Shown one piece after another: positions 12,723-26,670 of a DNA stretch of 64,000 nt (within the stretch, counting starts at the first letter, position 1; each line of letters begins with the position of its first letter). Under the pieces are notes generated by a model, which was given only the letters and a program-made list of their open reading frames with translations, searched no databases and was not told the DNA's origin. Position numbers and translations under genes: made by a program. Location: NCBI RefSeq assembly GCF_054482595.1, contig NZ_CM137008.1. The stretch is one strand, 5' to 3'.

Positions 12723-12807
12723 CGGATTTTATCCTGTTATCAGTAGGGTAGATGTAGTTGTTATCAGTCGACGTGACGGAAAAATGCCGATGCTGAAACG
12801 GAATTAG

Positions 12808-12819
12808 GAAACCGGTTTC
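12808..12819. promoter_or_regulatory. Perfect 12-bp palindrome GAAACCGGTTTC, candidate AscG (LacI/GalR-family) operator
   Basis: Exact palindrome in the ascF-ascG divergent intergenic region; LacI-family operators are short palindromes of this kind. Confidence 0.55.
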
Positions 12820-12881
12820 ACAAAATCATGAATAGTTGTCACTAAATAAGCAAGAGAGTTAATTGTTCATTTTTTATATTT

Positions 12882-12895
12882 GTGAAACCGGTCAC
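12882..12895. promoter_or_regulatory. Second candidate AscG operator half-palindrome (gtgaaaccggtcac)
   Basis: Shares TGAAACCGGT with the palindrome about 74 bp upstream; lies just upstream of the ascG start. Confidence 0.45.
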
Positions 12896-12981
12896 CTGAA
12901 TATTTTTCCCGCCGATTGCGCAAGGACAATCGGCAAACGGTGCAGTACACTGCGTTGATTGCGTGTAAAGGGATGAAAATG

Positions 12982-13992
12982 ATGACGACGATGCTGGAAG
13001 TGGCGAAGCGCGCCGGGGTTTCAAAAGCGACCGTTTCCCGCGTGCTTTCAGGTAATGGCTACGTCAGCCAGGAGACTAAAGATCGCGTGTTTCAGGCGGT
13101 AGAAGAGAGCGGTTACCGCCCAAACTTGCTGGCGCGCAATCTGTCGGCGAAGAGTACTCAGACGCTGGGGCTGGTAGTGACCAACACGCTTTACCACGGC
13201 ATTTATTTTAGTGAATTACTCTTTCATGCCGCGCGAATGGCGGAAGAGAAAGGGCGGCAGTTGCTATTGGCAGATGGTAAACACAGCGCCGAAGAAGAGC
13301 GCCAGGCGATTCAGTATCTGCTGGATTTGCGCTGCGACGCCATTATGATTTACCCGCGTTTTTTAAGCGTGGATGAGATCGATGACATCATTGACGCGCA
13401 CAGTCAGCCGATAATGGTGCTTAATCGCCGCCTGCGCAAAAACAGCAGCCATAGCGTCTGGTGCGATCATAAACAGACCAGTTTTAACGCCGTGGCAGAG
13501 TTGATAAACGCCGGGCATCAGGAGATTGCTTTCCTTACCGGCTCGATGGATTCCCCCACCAGCATTGAACGTCTTGCCGGGTATAAAGACGCGCTGTCGC
13601 AGCATGGTATTGCGCTCAATGAAAAACTTATCGCTAACGGTAAATGGACACCTGCCAGCGGGGCCGAAGGGGTAGAAATGTTGCTCGAACGTGGGGCTAA
13701 ATTTAGCGCGTTAGTTGCCAGTAACGACGATATGGCGATAGGTGCGATGAAAGCGTTACACGAGCGCGGCGTAGCGGTGCCAGAGCAGGTGTCAGTTATC
13801 GGATTCGATGATATCGCAATTGCCCCCTATATCGTTCCGGCGCTCTCCAGCGTAAAAATTCCGGTGACTGAGATGATTCAGGAAATTATTGGACGGCTGA
13901 TTTTTATGCTCGATGGCGGGGATTTCTCACCGCCGAAAACCTTCAGCGGAAAACTGATCCGCCGCGACTCACTCATTGCTCTTTCGCGATAA
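12982..13992 (+). CDS. ascG: AscG, LacI/GalR-family repressor of the asc operon (336 aa)
   Basis: HTH LEVAKRAGVSKATVSRVL followed by a periplasmic-binding-protein-like fold; start set at MTTMLEV (ATG 12982), though the adjacent ATG at 12979 or 12973 is possible. Confidence 0.88.
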   Translation: MTTMLEVAKRAGVSKATVSRVLSGNGYVSQETKDRVFQAVEESGYRPNLLARNLSAKSTQTLGLVVTNTLYHGIYFSELLFHAARMAEEKGRQLLLADGKHSAEEERQAIQYLLDLRCDAIMIYPRFLSVDEIDDIIDAHSQPIMVLNRRLRKNSSHSVWCDHKQTSFNAVAELINAGHQEIAFLTGSMDSPTSIERLAGYKDALSQHGIALNEKLIANGKWTPASGAEGVEMLLERGAKFSALVASNDDMAIGAMKALHERGVAVPEQVSVIGFDDIAIAPYIVPALSSVKIPVTEMIQEIIGRLIFMLDGGDFSPPKTFSGKLIRRDSLIALSR

Positions 13993-14005
13993 ACATTGTC
14001 ATCAC

Positions 14006-14033
14006 ATGTCATCGTCACTAGTGTCGATGACAT
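14006..14033. promoter_or_regulatory. Inverted repeat ATGTCATCG-N10-CGATGACAT upstream of hydN, possible FhlA-type site
   Basis: Inverted repeat seen directly; resembles the TGTCG/CGACA motifs at the hyc-hyp sites; hydN-hypF is reported to be formate regulon. Confidence 0.4.
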
Positions 14034-14140
14034 CTTTTTTCCTGCATTACAGAAATTAATTTCCTTAAATAACAGTGAATTAAAAACTGGCATGATTTGT
14101 GAATGTATCGGCGCATTAACTGTCATTGCTGGAGAATTTG

Positions 14141-14668
14141 ATGAACCGTTTCATCATTGCTGACGCGAGTAAATGTATTGGTTGCCGTACCTGTGAAGTG
14201 GCGTGCGTGGTTTCTCATCAGGAAAATCAGGACTGTGCATCGCTGACCCCGGAAACATTTTTACCGCGTATCCATGTCATTAAAGGTGTGAACATTTCCA
14301 CGGCGACAGTTTGCCGTCAGTGTGAAGATGCACCGTGCGCTAACGTCTGCCCGAATGGTGCTATCAGCCGTGATAAAGGGTTTGTTCATGTGATGCAGGA
14401 ACGTTGCATTGGTTGCAAAACCTGCGTTGTGGCTTGCCCGTATGGCGCGATGGAAGTGGTGGTACGTCCGGTGATTCGCAACAGCGGCGCAGGGCTGAAT
14501 GTACGGGCTGACAAAGCCGAAGCCAATAAATGCGACCTGTGCAACCATCGTGAAGACGGCCCGGCGTGTATGGCGGCTTGCCCGACCCATGCGCTAATTT
14601 GTGTCGATCGCAATAAACTTGAACAACTGAGCGCAGAAAAACGCCGCCGTACGGCGCTGATGTTCTAA
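14141..14668 (+). CDS. hydN: HydN, formate dehydrogenase-H associated ferredoxin-type electron transport protein (175 aa)
   Basis: [23 protein letters not shown] with four Cys clusters; start moved to ATG 14141. Confidence 0.92.
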   Translation: MNRFIIADASKCIGCRTCEVACVVSHQENQDCASLTPETFLPRIHVIKGVNISTATVCRQCEDAPCANVCPNGAISRDKGFVHVMQERCIGCKTCVVACPYGAMEVVVRPVIRNSGAGLNVRADKAEANKCDLCNHREDGPACMAACPTHALICVDRNKLEQLSAEKRRRTALMF

Positions 14669-14820
14669 AAATCTTACAGAACTGTTCTGGCATCAAAGGA
14701 ATTCCCGGAAATATTCGTAGAATACGGAGCGGGCGGTATCGCCGACCTGTGACTGCCGGATGCGACGCTGTCGTGTCCGGCTGGGCGGGTTACGCAATTC
14801 ATGATGGCGGGAATAACTCA

Positions 14821-17073
14821 ATGTCAAAAAACACATCTTGCGGTGTTCAACTGCGTATTCGTGGCAAAGTGCAGGGCGTCGGTTTTCGTCCGTTTGTCTG
14901 GCAACTGGCACAGCAATTAAATCTTCACGGCGATGTCTGTAATGACGGCGATGGAGTAGAAGTCCGGCTGCTGGAAGACCCGGAAACGTTTCTTGTTCAA
15001 TTGCATCAGCACTGCCCGCCGCTGGCGCGTATTGATAGCGTCGAGCGTGAGCCGTACATCTGGTCACAACTGCCCACTGAGTTCACCATCCGCCAGAGCG
15101 CGGGAGGTGCCATGAATACGCAAATTGTCCCGGATGCCGCTACTTGCTCTGCTTGCCTTGCCGAAATGAATACCCCAGGCGAACGGCGTTATCGTTATCC
15201 ATTTATCAACTGTACCCACTGCGGCCCGCGCTTCACCATTATTCGCGCCATGCCTTACGATCGCCCGTTTACCGTGATGGCGGCGTTTCCGCTGTGTCCA
15301 GCCTGTGATAAAGAGTACCGCGACCCGCTCGATCGTCGCTTCCACGCCCAGCCGGTGGCCTGCCCGGAGTGTGGCCCGCATCTTGAATGGGTAAGTCATG
15401 GTGAACATGCGGAACAAGAGGCGGCATTACAGGCAGCTATCGCACAGCTAAAAGCGGGCAACATTGTCGCCATCAAAGGGATTGGCGGATTTCATCTTGC
15501 CTGCGATGCACGTAACAGTAACGCGGTGGCGACACTTCGGGCGCGCAAACATCGCCCGGCGAAACCGCTGGCGGTCATGTTGCCAGTGGCTGACGGTTTA
15601 CCAGACGCTGCGCGCCAGTTGCTTACCACGCCCGCCGCGCCGATTGTGCTGGTGGATAAAAAATACGTTCCTGAGCTTTGTGATGATATCGCCCCTGGCC
15701 TTAACGAAGTCGGGGTAATGTTGCCTGCGAACCCGCTCCAGCATTTGCTGTTACAGGAACTGCAATGCCCGCTGGTGATGACCTCCGGCAACCTGAGCGG
15801 TAAACCACCAGCTATCAGCAACGAACAGGCGCTGGCGGATTTGCAGGGCATTGCCGACGGATTCTTGATACATAACCGCGACATCGTGCAGCGGATGGAT
15901 GATTCGGTGGTGCGCGAAAGCGGCGAAATGCTGCGCCGTTCACGCGGGTATGTGCCGGATGCGCTGGTTTTGCCTCCGGGCTTTAAAAATGTTCCGCCTG
16001 TGCTGTGTCTTGGCGCGGATCTGAAAAACACCTTCTGCCTGGTGCGCGGTGAACAAGCGGTGTTGAGTCAGCATCTGGGCGATTTAAGTGACGATGGCAT
16101 CCAGATGCAGTGGCGCGAAGCGTTACGCCTGATGCAAAACATCTACGATTTCACTCCGCAATACGTTGTGCATGACGTGCATCCGGGCTATGTCTCCAGC
16201 CAGTGGGCGAGCGAAATGAATATGCCGACGCAAACGGTGCTGCATCATCATGCCCACGCAGCGGCGTGTCTGGCAGAGCATCAGTGGCCGCTGGATGGCG
16301 GTGATGTCATTGCTTTGACGCTCGATGGTATCGGTATGGGGGAGAACGGCGCTTTGTGGGGCGGCGAGTGTCTGCGGGTGAACTATCGCGAATGTGAGCA
16401 CCTGGGCGGCTTGCCTGCAGTGGCGCTTCCGGGTGGCGATTTGGCGGCGACGCAGCCGTGGCGAAACCTGCTGGTGCAGTGCCTGCGCTTTGTGCCGGAG
16501 TGGCAGAATTATTCTGAAACAGCAAGTGTGCAACAGCAAAACTGGAGCGTGCTGGCGCGGGCCATTGAGCGTGGAATTAACGCGCCGCTGGCGTCATCGT
16601 GTGGGCGGTTGTTCGATGCCGTGGCGGCGGCACTGGGCTGTGCGCCAGCCACGTTAAGTTATGAAGGTGAAGCGGCTTGTGCTCTGGAGGCACTCGCAGC
16701 TTCGTGCCACGGAGTGACGCATCCGGTGACAATGCCGCTGGTGGACAATCAACTGGATCTCGCCACTTTCTGGCAGCAGTGGCTGAACTGGCAGGCACCG
16801 GTTAATCAACGCGCGTGGGCGTTTCATGATGCGCTGGCGCAGGGTTTTGCCGCGTTGATGCGTGAGCAGGCCACGATGCGTGGTATCACTACGCTGGTAT
16901 TTAGCGGCGGGGTTATTCATAACCGTTTGCTGCGTGCACGTCTGGCGCATTATCTCGCTGATTTCACATTGCTCTTTCCACAGAGTTTACCGGCGGGTGA
17001 TGGCGGTTTGTCTCTGGGGCAGGGGGTTATTGCTGCGGCGCGTTGGTTAGCGGGTGAAGTCCAGAACGGATAA
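14821..17073 (+). CDS. hypF: HypF, carbamoyltransferase for [NiFe] hydrogenase maturation (750 aa)
   Basis: Acylphosphatase-like N-terminus ([10 protein letters not shown]), two CxxC...CxxC zinc fingers, YrdC and Kae1-like domains; start at [15 protein letters not shown] (ATG 14821). Confidence 0.93.
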   Translation: MSKNTSCGVQLRIRGKVQGVGFRPFVWQLAQQLNLHGDVCNDGDGVEVRLLEDPETFLVQLHQHCPPLARIDSVEREPYIWSQLPTEFTIRQSAGGAMNTQIVPDAATCSACLAEMNTPGERRYRYPFINCTHCGPRFTIIRAMPYDRPFTVMAAFPLCPACDKEYRDPLDRRFHAQPVACPECGPHLEWVSHGEHAEQEAALQAAIAQLKAGNIVAIKGIGGFHLACDARNSNAVATLRARKHRPAKPLAVMLPVADGLPDAARQLLTTPAAPIVLVDKKYVPELCDDIAPGLNEVGVMLPANPLQHLLLQELQCPLVMTSGNLSGKPPAISNEQALADLQGIADGFLIHNRDIVQRMDDSVVRESGEMLRRSRGYVPDALVLPPGFKNVPPVLCLGADLKNTFCLVRGEQAVLSQHLGDLSDDGIQMQWREALRLMQNIYDFTPQYVVHDVHPGYVSSQWASEMNMPTQTVLHHHAHAAACLAEHQWPLDGGDVIALTLDGIGMGENGALWGGECLRVNYRECEHLGGLPAVALPGGDLAATQPWRNLLVQCLRFVPEWQNYSETASVQQQNWSVLARAIERGINAPLASSCGRLFDAVAAALGCAPATLSYEGEAACALEALAASCHGVTHPVTMPLVDNQLDLATFWQQWLNWQAPVNQRAWAFHDALAQGFAALMREQATMRGITTLVFSGGVIHNRLLRARLAHYLADFTLLFPQSLPAGDGGLSLGQGVIAAARWLAGEVQNG

Positions 17074-17097
17074 AACGTGTTGCATTTGGACACCATT

Positions 17098-17180
<83 letters not shown>

Positions 17181-17200
17181 TTTTAGGCACAGTAGCCCAC

Positions 17201-18334
17201 CTACATAGGCAATGTTTTCAACAATCCAAATGCCTCTTTCATCCGATCCTCACTGACCACAAAGGCGCGAAGCTGGTCAGCATCGTCAACGCCGCGCGCC
17301 ACCATTCCCTGGCGTTCGGTATTAATTTGCCAGCGTAAATCCTGACGCTGGGTTTCGCCTGCCAGATGCAGCGGTAATTCCGGCGTTTTGATTTTCACCA
17401 GCATCGCCGGTAGTTTCAGTGGCGTGTTATTGCCGAGAAGATTTTTTGCCAGCACCATCGCGCTAAGTTGAATCGGCTGGAGGAACGGCAATACCTGACC
17501 GTTAATTTCCGCGCAATCGCCCAGCGCGTAAATATCGGCATTACTGGTTTGCAGATAACTATCGACGCAAACGCCGCGATTAATCGTCAGCCCGGCGCGT
17601 CGTGCCAGGGCGGTTTCCGGGCGCAGTCCGGTGGCGGCAATTACCGCATCCACTTCGATACTGCGCTGGCGGTCCAGCGTTGCCAGAATGCCAGAATCTG
17701 TTTTTTCCAGCCCCTGCAACTGAGATTTCAACAACAGATGAACGCCCATCTCCGTCAACCGATGCTGCAAGCGGCTGCTTACTTCCGGTGGCATTAATGA
17801 CGCCAGAATACTGGCAGCGTTGTCGATTAGCGTGACCGCTTTGCCTGCACGACAAAAATCCATCGCCAGTTCGCTACCAATCAAACCACCGCCAACAATC
17901 AACACGCGTCGGGCATCCCGCAGTTGCGTTTCACAGGCGCGATACTCTTGCTGACTATTTAACGTCAGCATTAACTCACGCCCAGGCACAGGCGGGACAA
18001 AGGCACTGGCACCGGTTGCCAGTACTAGCTTGTCGTATTGCCACTGATTATTCTGGCTTTTCACCACACGGGCTTCGGCATCGATATCCGTCACCCAGGT
18101 TTGTGGAAACAGGTGCAGATTAAACTGCTCGGCAAATTCACCCGCCGTCTGGCGGGTAAGGTCATCGGCACGTTGCCCCTGACTGATAACATGGCTGAGG
18201 TCAGGTTTGTTGTACTCATCCATGCTGTCGGCGGCAATCAGGGTTAATGGAATAGTGGCGTCCTGTTTGCGAATATTTTTCACCAGTTGGCGGGCGGCGA
18301 AGCCCGAACCGATGATCACAATGCCGTTACTCAT
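17201..18334 (-). CDS. norW: NorW, NADH:flavorubredoxin oxidoreductase (377 aa)
   Basis: [24 protein letters not shown] Rossmann motifs; overlaps norV stop by 4 nt. Confidence 0.93.
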   Translation of the reverse strand: MSNGIVIIGSGFAARQLVKNIRKQDATIPLTLIAADSMDEYNKPDLSHVISQGQRADDLTRQTAGEFAEQFNLHLFPQTWVTDIDAEARVVKSQNNQWQYDKLVLATGASAFVPPVPGRELMLTLNSQQEYRACETQLRDARRVLIVGGGLIGSELAMDFCRAGKAVTLIDNAASILASLMPPEVSSRLQHRLTEMGVHLLLKSQLQGLEKTDSGILATLDRQRSIEVDAVIAATGLRPETALARRAGLTINRGVCVDSYLQTSNADIYALGDCAEINGQVLPFLQPIQLSAMVLAKNLLGNNTPLKLPAMLVKIKTPELPLHLAGETQRQDLRWQINTERQGMVARGVDDADQLRAFVVSEDRMKEAFGLLKTLPM

Positions 18335-19770
18335 TTTGCCTCCGATGCCAGTTCTTCAAAGACGTCTTTGCCGAGGGAGCATTCCGGGCAGAGGAAGTTA
18401 TCCGGGACTTCACTCCACGGCGTTCCTGGCGCAACGTCCTGCATTGGCTCGCCTTTTGCCGGATCGTAAATCCACTGGCAGACGCTGCACTGCATCCGTG
18501 GGCCGAGGTCAGCCGTCGTGGTGGCAGAGGTTTCTTCTTTAACCACCGTATTCACCGTGCTCTGCGGCAGCGGCGCGAGCGCCCACTGACGGGCGATTTC
18601 GCGACCGTGTTCACGACATAACTCCAGAGCGTCCTGGTCTGGTCGCCATTTGGCTTTCAGGCTAAGCGACATTTCGAAACCCGCATCCTGCAGGCGCGTG
18701 GAAAGACGATCCACCGCACCGCCGCTCCAGCCGTGAGAGCCGAAAGCACTGGCGCGTTTGTTACGGAAGCGTAAACCAGTCATCTCCTCCACCAGCCCGG
18801 CGATTTTCGGCATCATCACGTTATTCATCGTCGAAGTGCCGACCAGCACGCCTTTTGAGCGGAAGACATTGGTCAGGATTTCGTTTTTATCGCTTCGGGC
18901 GACGTTGAAAATTTTCACCGCCACGCGTGGGTCGGTTTCCGCAATCCCCTGGGCGATAGCGTCAGCCATCATGCGGGTGTTATTCGACATGGTGTCGTAG
19001 AAAATGGTGATTCTGTCTTCCTGATAATCAGCGGCCCACTTCAGGTACAGCTCGACAATTTGCGTCGGGTTATCGCGCCAGACCACGCCGTGGGAGGTCG
19101 CTATCATATCGACTGGTAAGTTAAAGCCCAGGATCTCGGTAATTTTCGGCGTTACCAGGCGGCTGAACGGCGTCAGGATATTGGCGTAGTAACGCTGGCA
19201 CTGCTCGAAAAGCTCCGTCTGATCCACTTCATCGTTGAACAGATGCTCGTCGCAGTAGTGCTGACCGAAAGCATCGTTACTGAACAGCACCGCGTCGCCT
19301 GTCAGGTAAGTCATCATGCTGTCCGGCCAGTGCAGCATTGGTGTTTCGACAAAAATGAGCTGTTTGCCGTTGCCGATATCCAGCGTGTCGCCAGTTTTCA
19401 CCACATTAAAATTCCACTCCGGATGATGGTGATGACCATTTATCGAGTCGATAGCGTTGGCAGTACAGTAGATCGGCGTATCGGGAATTTGCGCCATCAG
19501 TTCGGTCAGCGCCCCAGCGTGGTCCTCTTCTGCATGGTTAATCACGATGTAATCGATATCCGCCAGATCGATTTCATTACGCAGGTTCTGCACAAATTCG
19601 CGGCTGAATTTATGGTCGACGGTGTCGATCAGCACGTTTTTTTCTTCGCGGATGAGGTAGCTGTTGTAGCTGCTGCCGCGCAGCGTTTTATATTCCGTGC
19701 CGTGAAAATCACGCACTTCCCAGTCACGTTGACCCACCCAATGAATGTTATTTTTCACCACAATAGACAT
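18331..19770 (-). CDS. norV: NorV, anaerobic nitric oxide reductase flavorubredoxin (479 aa)
   Basis: Metallo-beta-lactamase-like diiron domain, flavodoxin domain and C-terminal rubredoxin CxxC...CxxC ([10 protein letters not shown]...CPEC). Confidence 0.93.
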   Translation of the reverse strand: MSIVVKNNIHWVGQRDWEVRDFHGTEYKTLRGSSYNSYLIREEKNVLIDTVDHKFSREFVQNLRNEIDLADIDYIVINHAEEDHAGALTELMAQIPDTPIYCTANAIDSINGHHHHPEWNFNVVKTGDTLDIGNGKQLIFVETPMLHWPDSMMTYLTGDAVLFSNDAFGQHYCDEHLFNDEVDQTELFEQCQRYYANILTPFSRLVTPKITEILGFNLPVDMIATSHGVVWRDNPTQIVELYLKWAADYQEDRITIFYDTMSNNTRMMADAIAQGIAETDPRVAVKIFNVARSDKNEILTNVFRSKGVLVGTSTMNNVMMPKIAGLVEEMTGLRFRNKRASAFGSHGWSGGAVDRLSTRLQDAGFEMSLSLKAKWRPDQDALELCREHGREIARQWALAPLPQSTVNTVVKEETSATTTADLGPRMQCSVCQWIYDPAKGEPMQDVAPGTPWSEVPDNFLCPECSLGKDVFEELASEAK

Positions 19771-19817
19771 AGCAACCTCAATTTATTCAGCGTGTTCTAA
19801 AAAGATGTCTTGCTAAT

Positions 19818-19833
19818 TGCAGATTGCGTGCCA
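19818..19833 (-). promoter_or_regulatory. sigma54 promoter of norVW
   Basis: Minus strand reads TGGCAC-gcaat-CTGCA (GG-N10-GC), about 45 nt upstream of the norV start. Confidence 0.75.
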
Positions 19834-19888
19834 GTTTTTTATCTGATTGTTTTTACTCTATAAATAAAATTATGCTCATTAATGAGTA

Positions 19889-19944
19889 GTCAAAATGACT
19901 ATCAATCAAATGGTCAATATGACAATATCTATAGTCAAATTGAC
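19889..19944. promoter_or_regulatory. Three NorR enhancer-binding sites (GTCA-N3-TGAC)
   Basis: gtcaaaatgac (19889..19899), gtcaatatgac (19913..19923), gtcaaattgac (19934..19944) in the norR-norV intergenic region, matching the known GT-N7-AC NorR site. Confidence 0.85.
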
Positions 19945-19956
19945 AGTGAGGCAAAG

Positions 19957-21471
19957 ATGAGTTTTTCCGTTGATGTGCTGGCGAATATCGCCATCGAATT
20001 GCAGCGTGGGATTGGTCATCAGGATCGTTTTCAGCGCCTGATCACCACGCTACGTCAGGTGCTGGAGTGCGATGCGTCTGCGTTGCTACGTTACGATTCG
20101 CGGCAGTTTATTCCGCTTGCCATCGACGGTCTGGCAAAGGATGTACTCGGTAGACGCTTTGCGCTGGAAGGGCATCCACGCCTGGAAGCGATTGCCCGCG
20201 CCGGGGATGTGGTGCGCTTTCCCGCAGACAGCGAATTGCCCGATCCCTATGACGGTTTGATTCCTGGGCAGGAGAGTCTGAAGGTTCACGCCTGCGTTGG
20301 TCTGCCATTGTTTGCCGGGCAAAACCTGATCGGCGCACTGACGCTCGACGGGATGCAGCCCGATCAGTTCGATGTTTTCAGCGACGAAGAGCTACGGCTG
20401 ATTGCTGCGCTGGCGGCGGGAGCGTTAAGCAATGCGTTGCTGATTGAACAACTGGAAAGCCAGAATATGATGCCAGGCGATGCCACGCCGTTTGAAGCGG
20501 TGAAACAGACGCAGATGATTGGCTTGTCCCCTGGCATGACGCAACTGAAAAAAGAGATTGAGATTGTGGCGGCGTCCGATCTCAACGTCCTGATCAGCGG
20601 TGAGACGGGAACCGGTAAGGAGCTGGTGGCGAAAGCGATTCATGAAGCCTCGCCACGGGCGGTGAATCCGCTGGTCTATCTCAACTGTGCCGCACTGCCG
20701 GAAAGTGTGGCGGAAAGTGAACTGTTCGGGCATGTGAAAGGAGCGTTTACTGGCGCAATCAGTAACCGCAGCGGGAAGTTTGAAATGGCGGATAACGGCA
20801 CTCTGTTTCTGGATGAGATCGGCGAGTTGTCGTTGGCATTGCAGGCCAAGCTGCTGAGGGTGTTGCAGTATGGCGATATTCAGCGCGTTGGCGATGACCG
20901 CAGTTTGCGGGTCGATGTGCGCGTGCTGGCGGCGACTAACCGCGACTTACGCGAAGAGGTGCTGGCAGGGCGATTTCGCGCTGACTTGTTTCATCGCCTG
21001 AGCGTGTTTCCACTTTCGGTGCCGCCGCTGCGTGAGCGGGGCGATGATGTCATTCTGCTGGCGGGGTATTTCTGCGAGCAGTGTCGTTTGCGGCTGGGGC
21101 TCTCCCGCGTGGTATTAAGTGCCGGAGCGCGAAATTTACTGCAACACTATCGTTTTCCGGGGAACGTGCGCGAACTGGAACATGCTATTCATCGGGCGGT
21201 AGTGCTGTCGAGAGCCACCCGCAACGGCGATGAAGTGATTCTTGAGGCGCAACATTTTGCTTTTCCTGAGGTGACGTTGCCGACGCCAGAAGTGGCGGCG
21301 GTGCCCGTTGTTAAGCAAAACCTGCGTGAAGCGACAGAAGCGTTCCAGCGTGAAACTATTCGTCAGGCGCTGGCACAAAATCATCACAACTGGGCTGCCT
21401 GCGCGCGGATGCTGGAAACCGACGTCGCCAACCTGCATCGGCTGGCGAAACGTCTGGGAATGAAGGATTAA
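19957..21471 (+). CDS. norR: NorR, NO-responsive sigma54-dependent transcriptional activator (504 aa)
   Basis: GAF domain, AAA+ sigma54-interaction domain ([14 protein letters not shown]), C-terminal HTH; start at [18 protein letters not shown] (ATG 19957) so the ORF does not run over its own binding sites. Confidence 0.93.
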   Translation: MSFSVDVLANIAIELQRGIGHQDRFQRLITTLRQVLECDASALLRYDSRQFIPLAIDGLAKDVLGRRFALEGHPRLEAIARAGDVVRFPADSELPDPYDGLIPGQESLKVHACVGLPLFAGQNLIGALTLDGMQPDQFDVFSDEELRLIAALAAGALSNALLIEQLESQNMMPGDATPFEAVKQTQMIGLSPGMTQLKKEIEIVAASDLNVLISGETGTGKELVAKAIHEASPRAVNPLVYLNCAALPESVAESELFGHVKGAFTGAISNRSGKFEMADNGTLFLDEIGELSLALQAKLLRVLQYGDIQRVGDDRSLRVDVRVLAATNRDLREEVLAGRFRADLFHRLSVFPLSVPPLRERGDDVILLAGYFCEQCRLRLGLSRVVLSAGARNLLQHYRFPGNVRELEHAIHRAVVLSRATRNGDEVILEAQHFAFPEVTLPTPEVAAVPVVKQNLREATEAFQRETIRQALAQNHHNWAACARMLETDVANLHRLAKRLGMKD

Positions 21472-22433
21472 ATAATCCCGGCCTGATAGAAATCCTGCAG
21501 GTTAATTGCGCCGGTGAGTTTGCCGTTTTCATCTACCACCGGTGCGGCAGTGATTTTGCGCTTCATCAGGATCTCTTTGGCGTCGATGGCGCGACTTTGT
21601 GCCTGTAATGTGGTGCCGCCTGTCGTCATCGCTTCATTGACTGGCGTGGTGAGTGCGCCGCCGCCAACCAGCCAGCGACGTAAATCGCCGTCGGTAAAGA
21701 CGCCTTGTACCTGTTGTTGAGCGTCACATACCGCCACCAGCCCCAGACCGGTGCGGCTGAGTTCCAGCATCGCATCCATCACGCTGGCGGTTAACGCCAC
21801 CTGTGGGATGGCATCGTCACGGCGCATCAGATGATGCACTTTATTCAGCAAGCGAGCGCCCAGTGCTCCAGCAGGGTGGGAGCGGGCAAAATCTTCTTCA
21901 TTAAATCCGCGCGCCTGCATGACTGCCATCGCCAGCGCGTCACCCATCATCAGGGTATTGACGGTGCTGGAGGTCGGCGCAAGGTGCATCGGGCAGGCTT
22001 CGCGTTCTACGGAGATATCCAGCACCGCTTTCGCCGCCAGGCCCAGCGGTGACGTCGGTTTGCCGGTCATCGCCAGCAGCGCGATAGATTTGTCTTCCAG
22101 ACGCGGAATAATCAGATCCAGTTCCTTCGCCCCACCGGAGTAAGAGATAAACAGCATCACATCGCGGCTTTCGATCATCCCCAGATCGCCGTGCAGCGCT
22201 TCTGCCGGATGGACAAAAAAAGCCGGTGTGCCGGTACTGGCAAGCGTTGCGGCGATTTTCTTACCAATGTGGCCCGATTTGCCAATTCCCGAAACCACCA
22301 CTTTGCCTTCGCAGTGCAGGATGATATTGGCGGCGCGAACAAAATCATCGCCCAGACGTTCCGGTAAACGGCTTGCTTCCTGCAATTCCAGCATTAACGT
22401 CTGACGTCCCGCGTTCAGTAGTGCTTCACTCAT
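21468..22433 (-). CDS. gutQ: GutQ, D-arabinose 5-phosphate isomerase (SIS + CBS domains, 321 aa)
   Basis: SIS domain motif [14 protein letters not shown] and tandem CBS domains; last gene of the gut/srl operon. Confidence 0.92.
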   Translation of the reverse strand: MSEALLNAGRQTLMLELQEASRLPERLGDDFVRAANIILHCEGKVVVSGIGKSGHIGKKIAATLASTGTPAFFVHPAEALHGDLGMIESRDVMLFISYSGGAKELDLIIPRLEDKSIALLAMTGKPTSPLGLAAKAVLDISVEREACPMHLAPTSSTVNTLMMGDALAMAVMQARGFNEEDFARSHPAGALGARLLNKVHHLMRRDDAIPQVALTASVMDAMLELSRTGLGLVAVCDAQQQVQGVFTDGDLRRWLVGGGALTTPVNEAMTTGGTTLQAQSRAIDAKEILMKRKITAAPVVDENGKLTGAINLQDFYQAGII

Positions 22434-23199
22434 TGCTCTCTCCGGTTATGATCACATCGATCCCTTTCTCTTCCAGCGCCTGACGAAACGCCGGATCGAT
22501 ATCTGCGTCGGTAATCAGCTTATCGACGCTTTCAAGACTGCAAACTACGTTGGGGCTTTTACGGCCAAACTTTGATGAGTCCGCCATCAAAATCACTTCG
22601 CGCGCGGCATTGCACATTGCCTTACTGACGGTATAGACCTCGTTGAAGGTGGTTACGCCCGCATTGAGATCGATGCCGTCAGTACCCATGAATAATTTGT
22701 CGAAGGTGAAATGCTCGAAGGCATTCTCTGCCAGCTGCCCGTGAAATGAGGCCGATTTTTTACGAAACGTTCCGCCTGGCATCAGGATAGTTTGTTCGTT
22801 ATCCAGTTCGGATAGCGCATTGACGATATGCAGGCTGTTGGTCATCACCGTGATGTTATTAAAGCGCGAGAGCAGAGGCACCATCTGCAAAACGGTGCTG
22901 CCAGCATCAAGAATGATCGAATCGCCATCATGAATAAAACCAACGGCAGCTTCTGCTATCAGCTCTTTCTTGTGGGTGTTGATGAGTGTTTTATGATCGA
23001 TAGGCGGATCGGATTCCTCTTTATTCAACACCACTCCGCCATAAGTACGAATGACGGTTCCGGCATGTTCCAGAATGACCAGATCTTTGCGAATGGTTGT
23101 GCCTGTGGTGTCAAAGTATTGCGCCAATTCTTCAACCGAGCATTTACCCTGCTTTTGCAGATACTCCAGAATGGCGGCCTGACGCTGACGAGGTTTCAT
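22426..23199 (-). CDS. srlR: SrlR (GutR), DeoR-family glucitol operon repressor (257 aa)
   Basis: DeoR-type N-terminal HTH and sugar-binding C-terminal domain; operon context. Confidence 0.92.
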   Translation of the reverse strand: MKPRQRQAAILEYLQKQGKCSVEELAQYFDTTGTTIRKDLVILEHAGTVIRTYGGVVLNKEESDPPIDHKTLINTHKKELIAEAAVGFIHDGDSIILDAGSTVLQMVPLLSRFNNITVMTNSLHIVNALSELDNEQTILMPGGTFRKKSASFHGQLAENAFEHFTFDKLFMGTDGIDLNAGVTTFNEVYTVSKAMCNAAREVILMADSSKFGRKSPNVVCSLESVDKLITDADIDPAFRQALEEKGIDVIITGESNE

Positions 23200-23265
23200 G
23201 GGCGTGATTACCTGATTTAGGTTTCAAAATGATAACTTCGCAAGCAAGTAACATTCACAACGAAA

Positions 23266-23625
23266 TTATCCACGTTTCAGTTTAAGCGCCAATGATAGAG
23301 CATTCTGTGATAGTGGATCATGGGGAAAGATCACATCGGGCTGTAAATCACCCGCATGCATGCCGGTAATTGCGGGAATTTTTTGCGGTCGGGCGAAGAC
23401 GGTCAGTCCTTTCATAAACAAGGTGTCGGCGATGCGCTGCTGATCGTCCAGGGCGATGGCGACCACGACCCGCGGTTTAAAGCGCTCGCTGGAACGGCCC
23501 ACGCCAACCCGCCCTTGCTGGCATAGTGTGTCGAAGGCACGGTTAAAACGAGAAATTTGCCAGCCGCCTAAGGCCAGTTGCGCACACCAGGCGATAACGG
23601 CGACAGTGATGAGTGCGGATACCAT
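23266..23625 (-). CDS. gutM: GutM (SrlM), glucitol operon activator (119 aa)
   Basis: ORF-track protein MVSALITVAVIAWCAQLALGGWQISRFNRAF recognised; context between srlD and srlR. Confidence 0.9.
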   Translation of the reverse strand: MVSALITVAVIAWCAQLALGGWQISRFNRAFDTLCQQGRVGVGRSSERFKPRVVVAIALDDQQRIADTLFMKGLTVFARPQKIPAITGMHAGDLQPDVIFPHDPLSQNALSLALKLKRG

Positions 23626-23653
23626 AACTTTTCCTTAATGTAGTGGCGGAAGT

Positions 23654-23686
23654 CCTGTAGGCCTGATGAGCGTAGCGCATCAGGCA
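23654..23686. repeat. REP element between srlD and gutM
   Basis: cctgtaggcctgatgagcgtagcgcatcaggca matches the REP consensus; an adjacent 9-bp-stem hairpin lies at 23701..23723. Confidence 0.75.
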
Positions 23687-23730
23687 TTCTATTAGTCTCA
23701 CGGAGATCCTTAACGGATCTCCGCTGTTAA

Positions 23731-24885
<1,155 letters not shown>

Positions 24886-24895
24886 GTTTCAGCCT

Positions 24896-26433
<1,538 letters not shown>

Positions 26434-26670
26434 TTATTGTTTTATTACCAAACGGCAACCTAATCTAATCAGATTGAAAGATTTAAAAGTGTTATTTTGA
26501 TCGCAAAATGAAAGATAAATATTTTAATTTGAAAGTTTGAGTAAAAGGATAGCGAGGAGAATGAGTTGAGTTATGTAAAGTCCGTATCGGGCAGTGACTA
26601 CCGCTTCCTTGTGCGGGGCGTGATGCTTTACCATACTTGCCCCTGGTTGAATCTGTTAAATGGACCCCTC

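Noticed and set aside
15492-16031. 179-aa minus-strand ORF inside hypF; likewise 38521..39117 (+) inside emrB and 40289..41095 (+) inside emrA
   Set aside because: Antisense frames within confidently identified genes, with biased low-complexity composition and no ribosome-binding context.
23701-23723. Hairpin cggagatcc-ttaac-ggatctccg after srlD as an intrinsic terminator
   Set aside because: The stem is good but no U-tract follows on either strand, and srlD is internal to the operon; more likely an RNA-processing or stability element or part of the adjacent REP.
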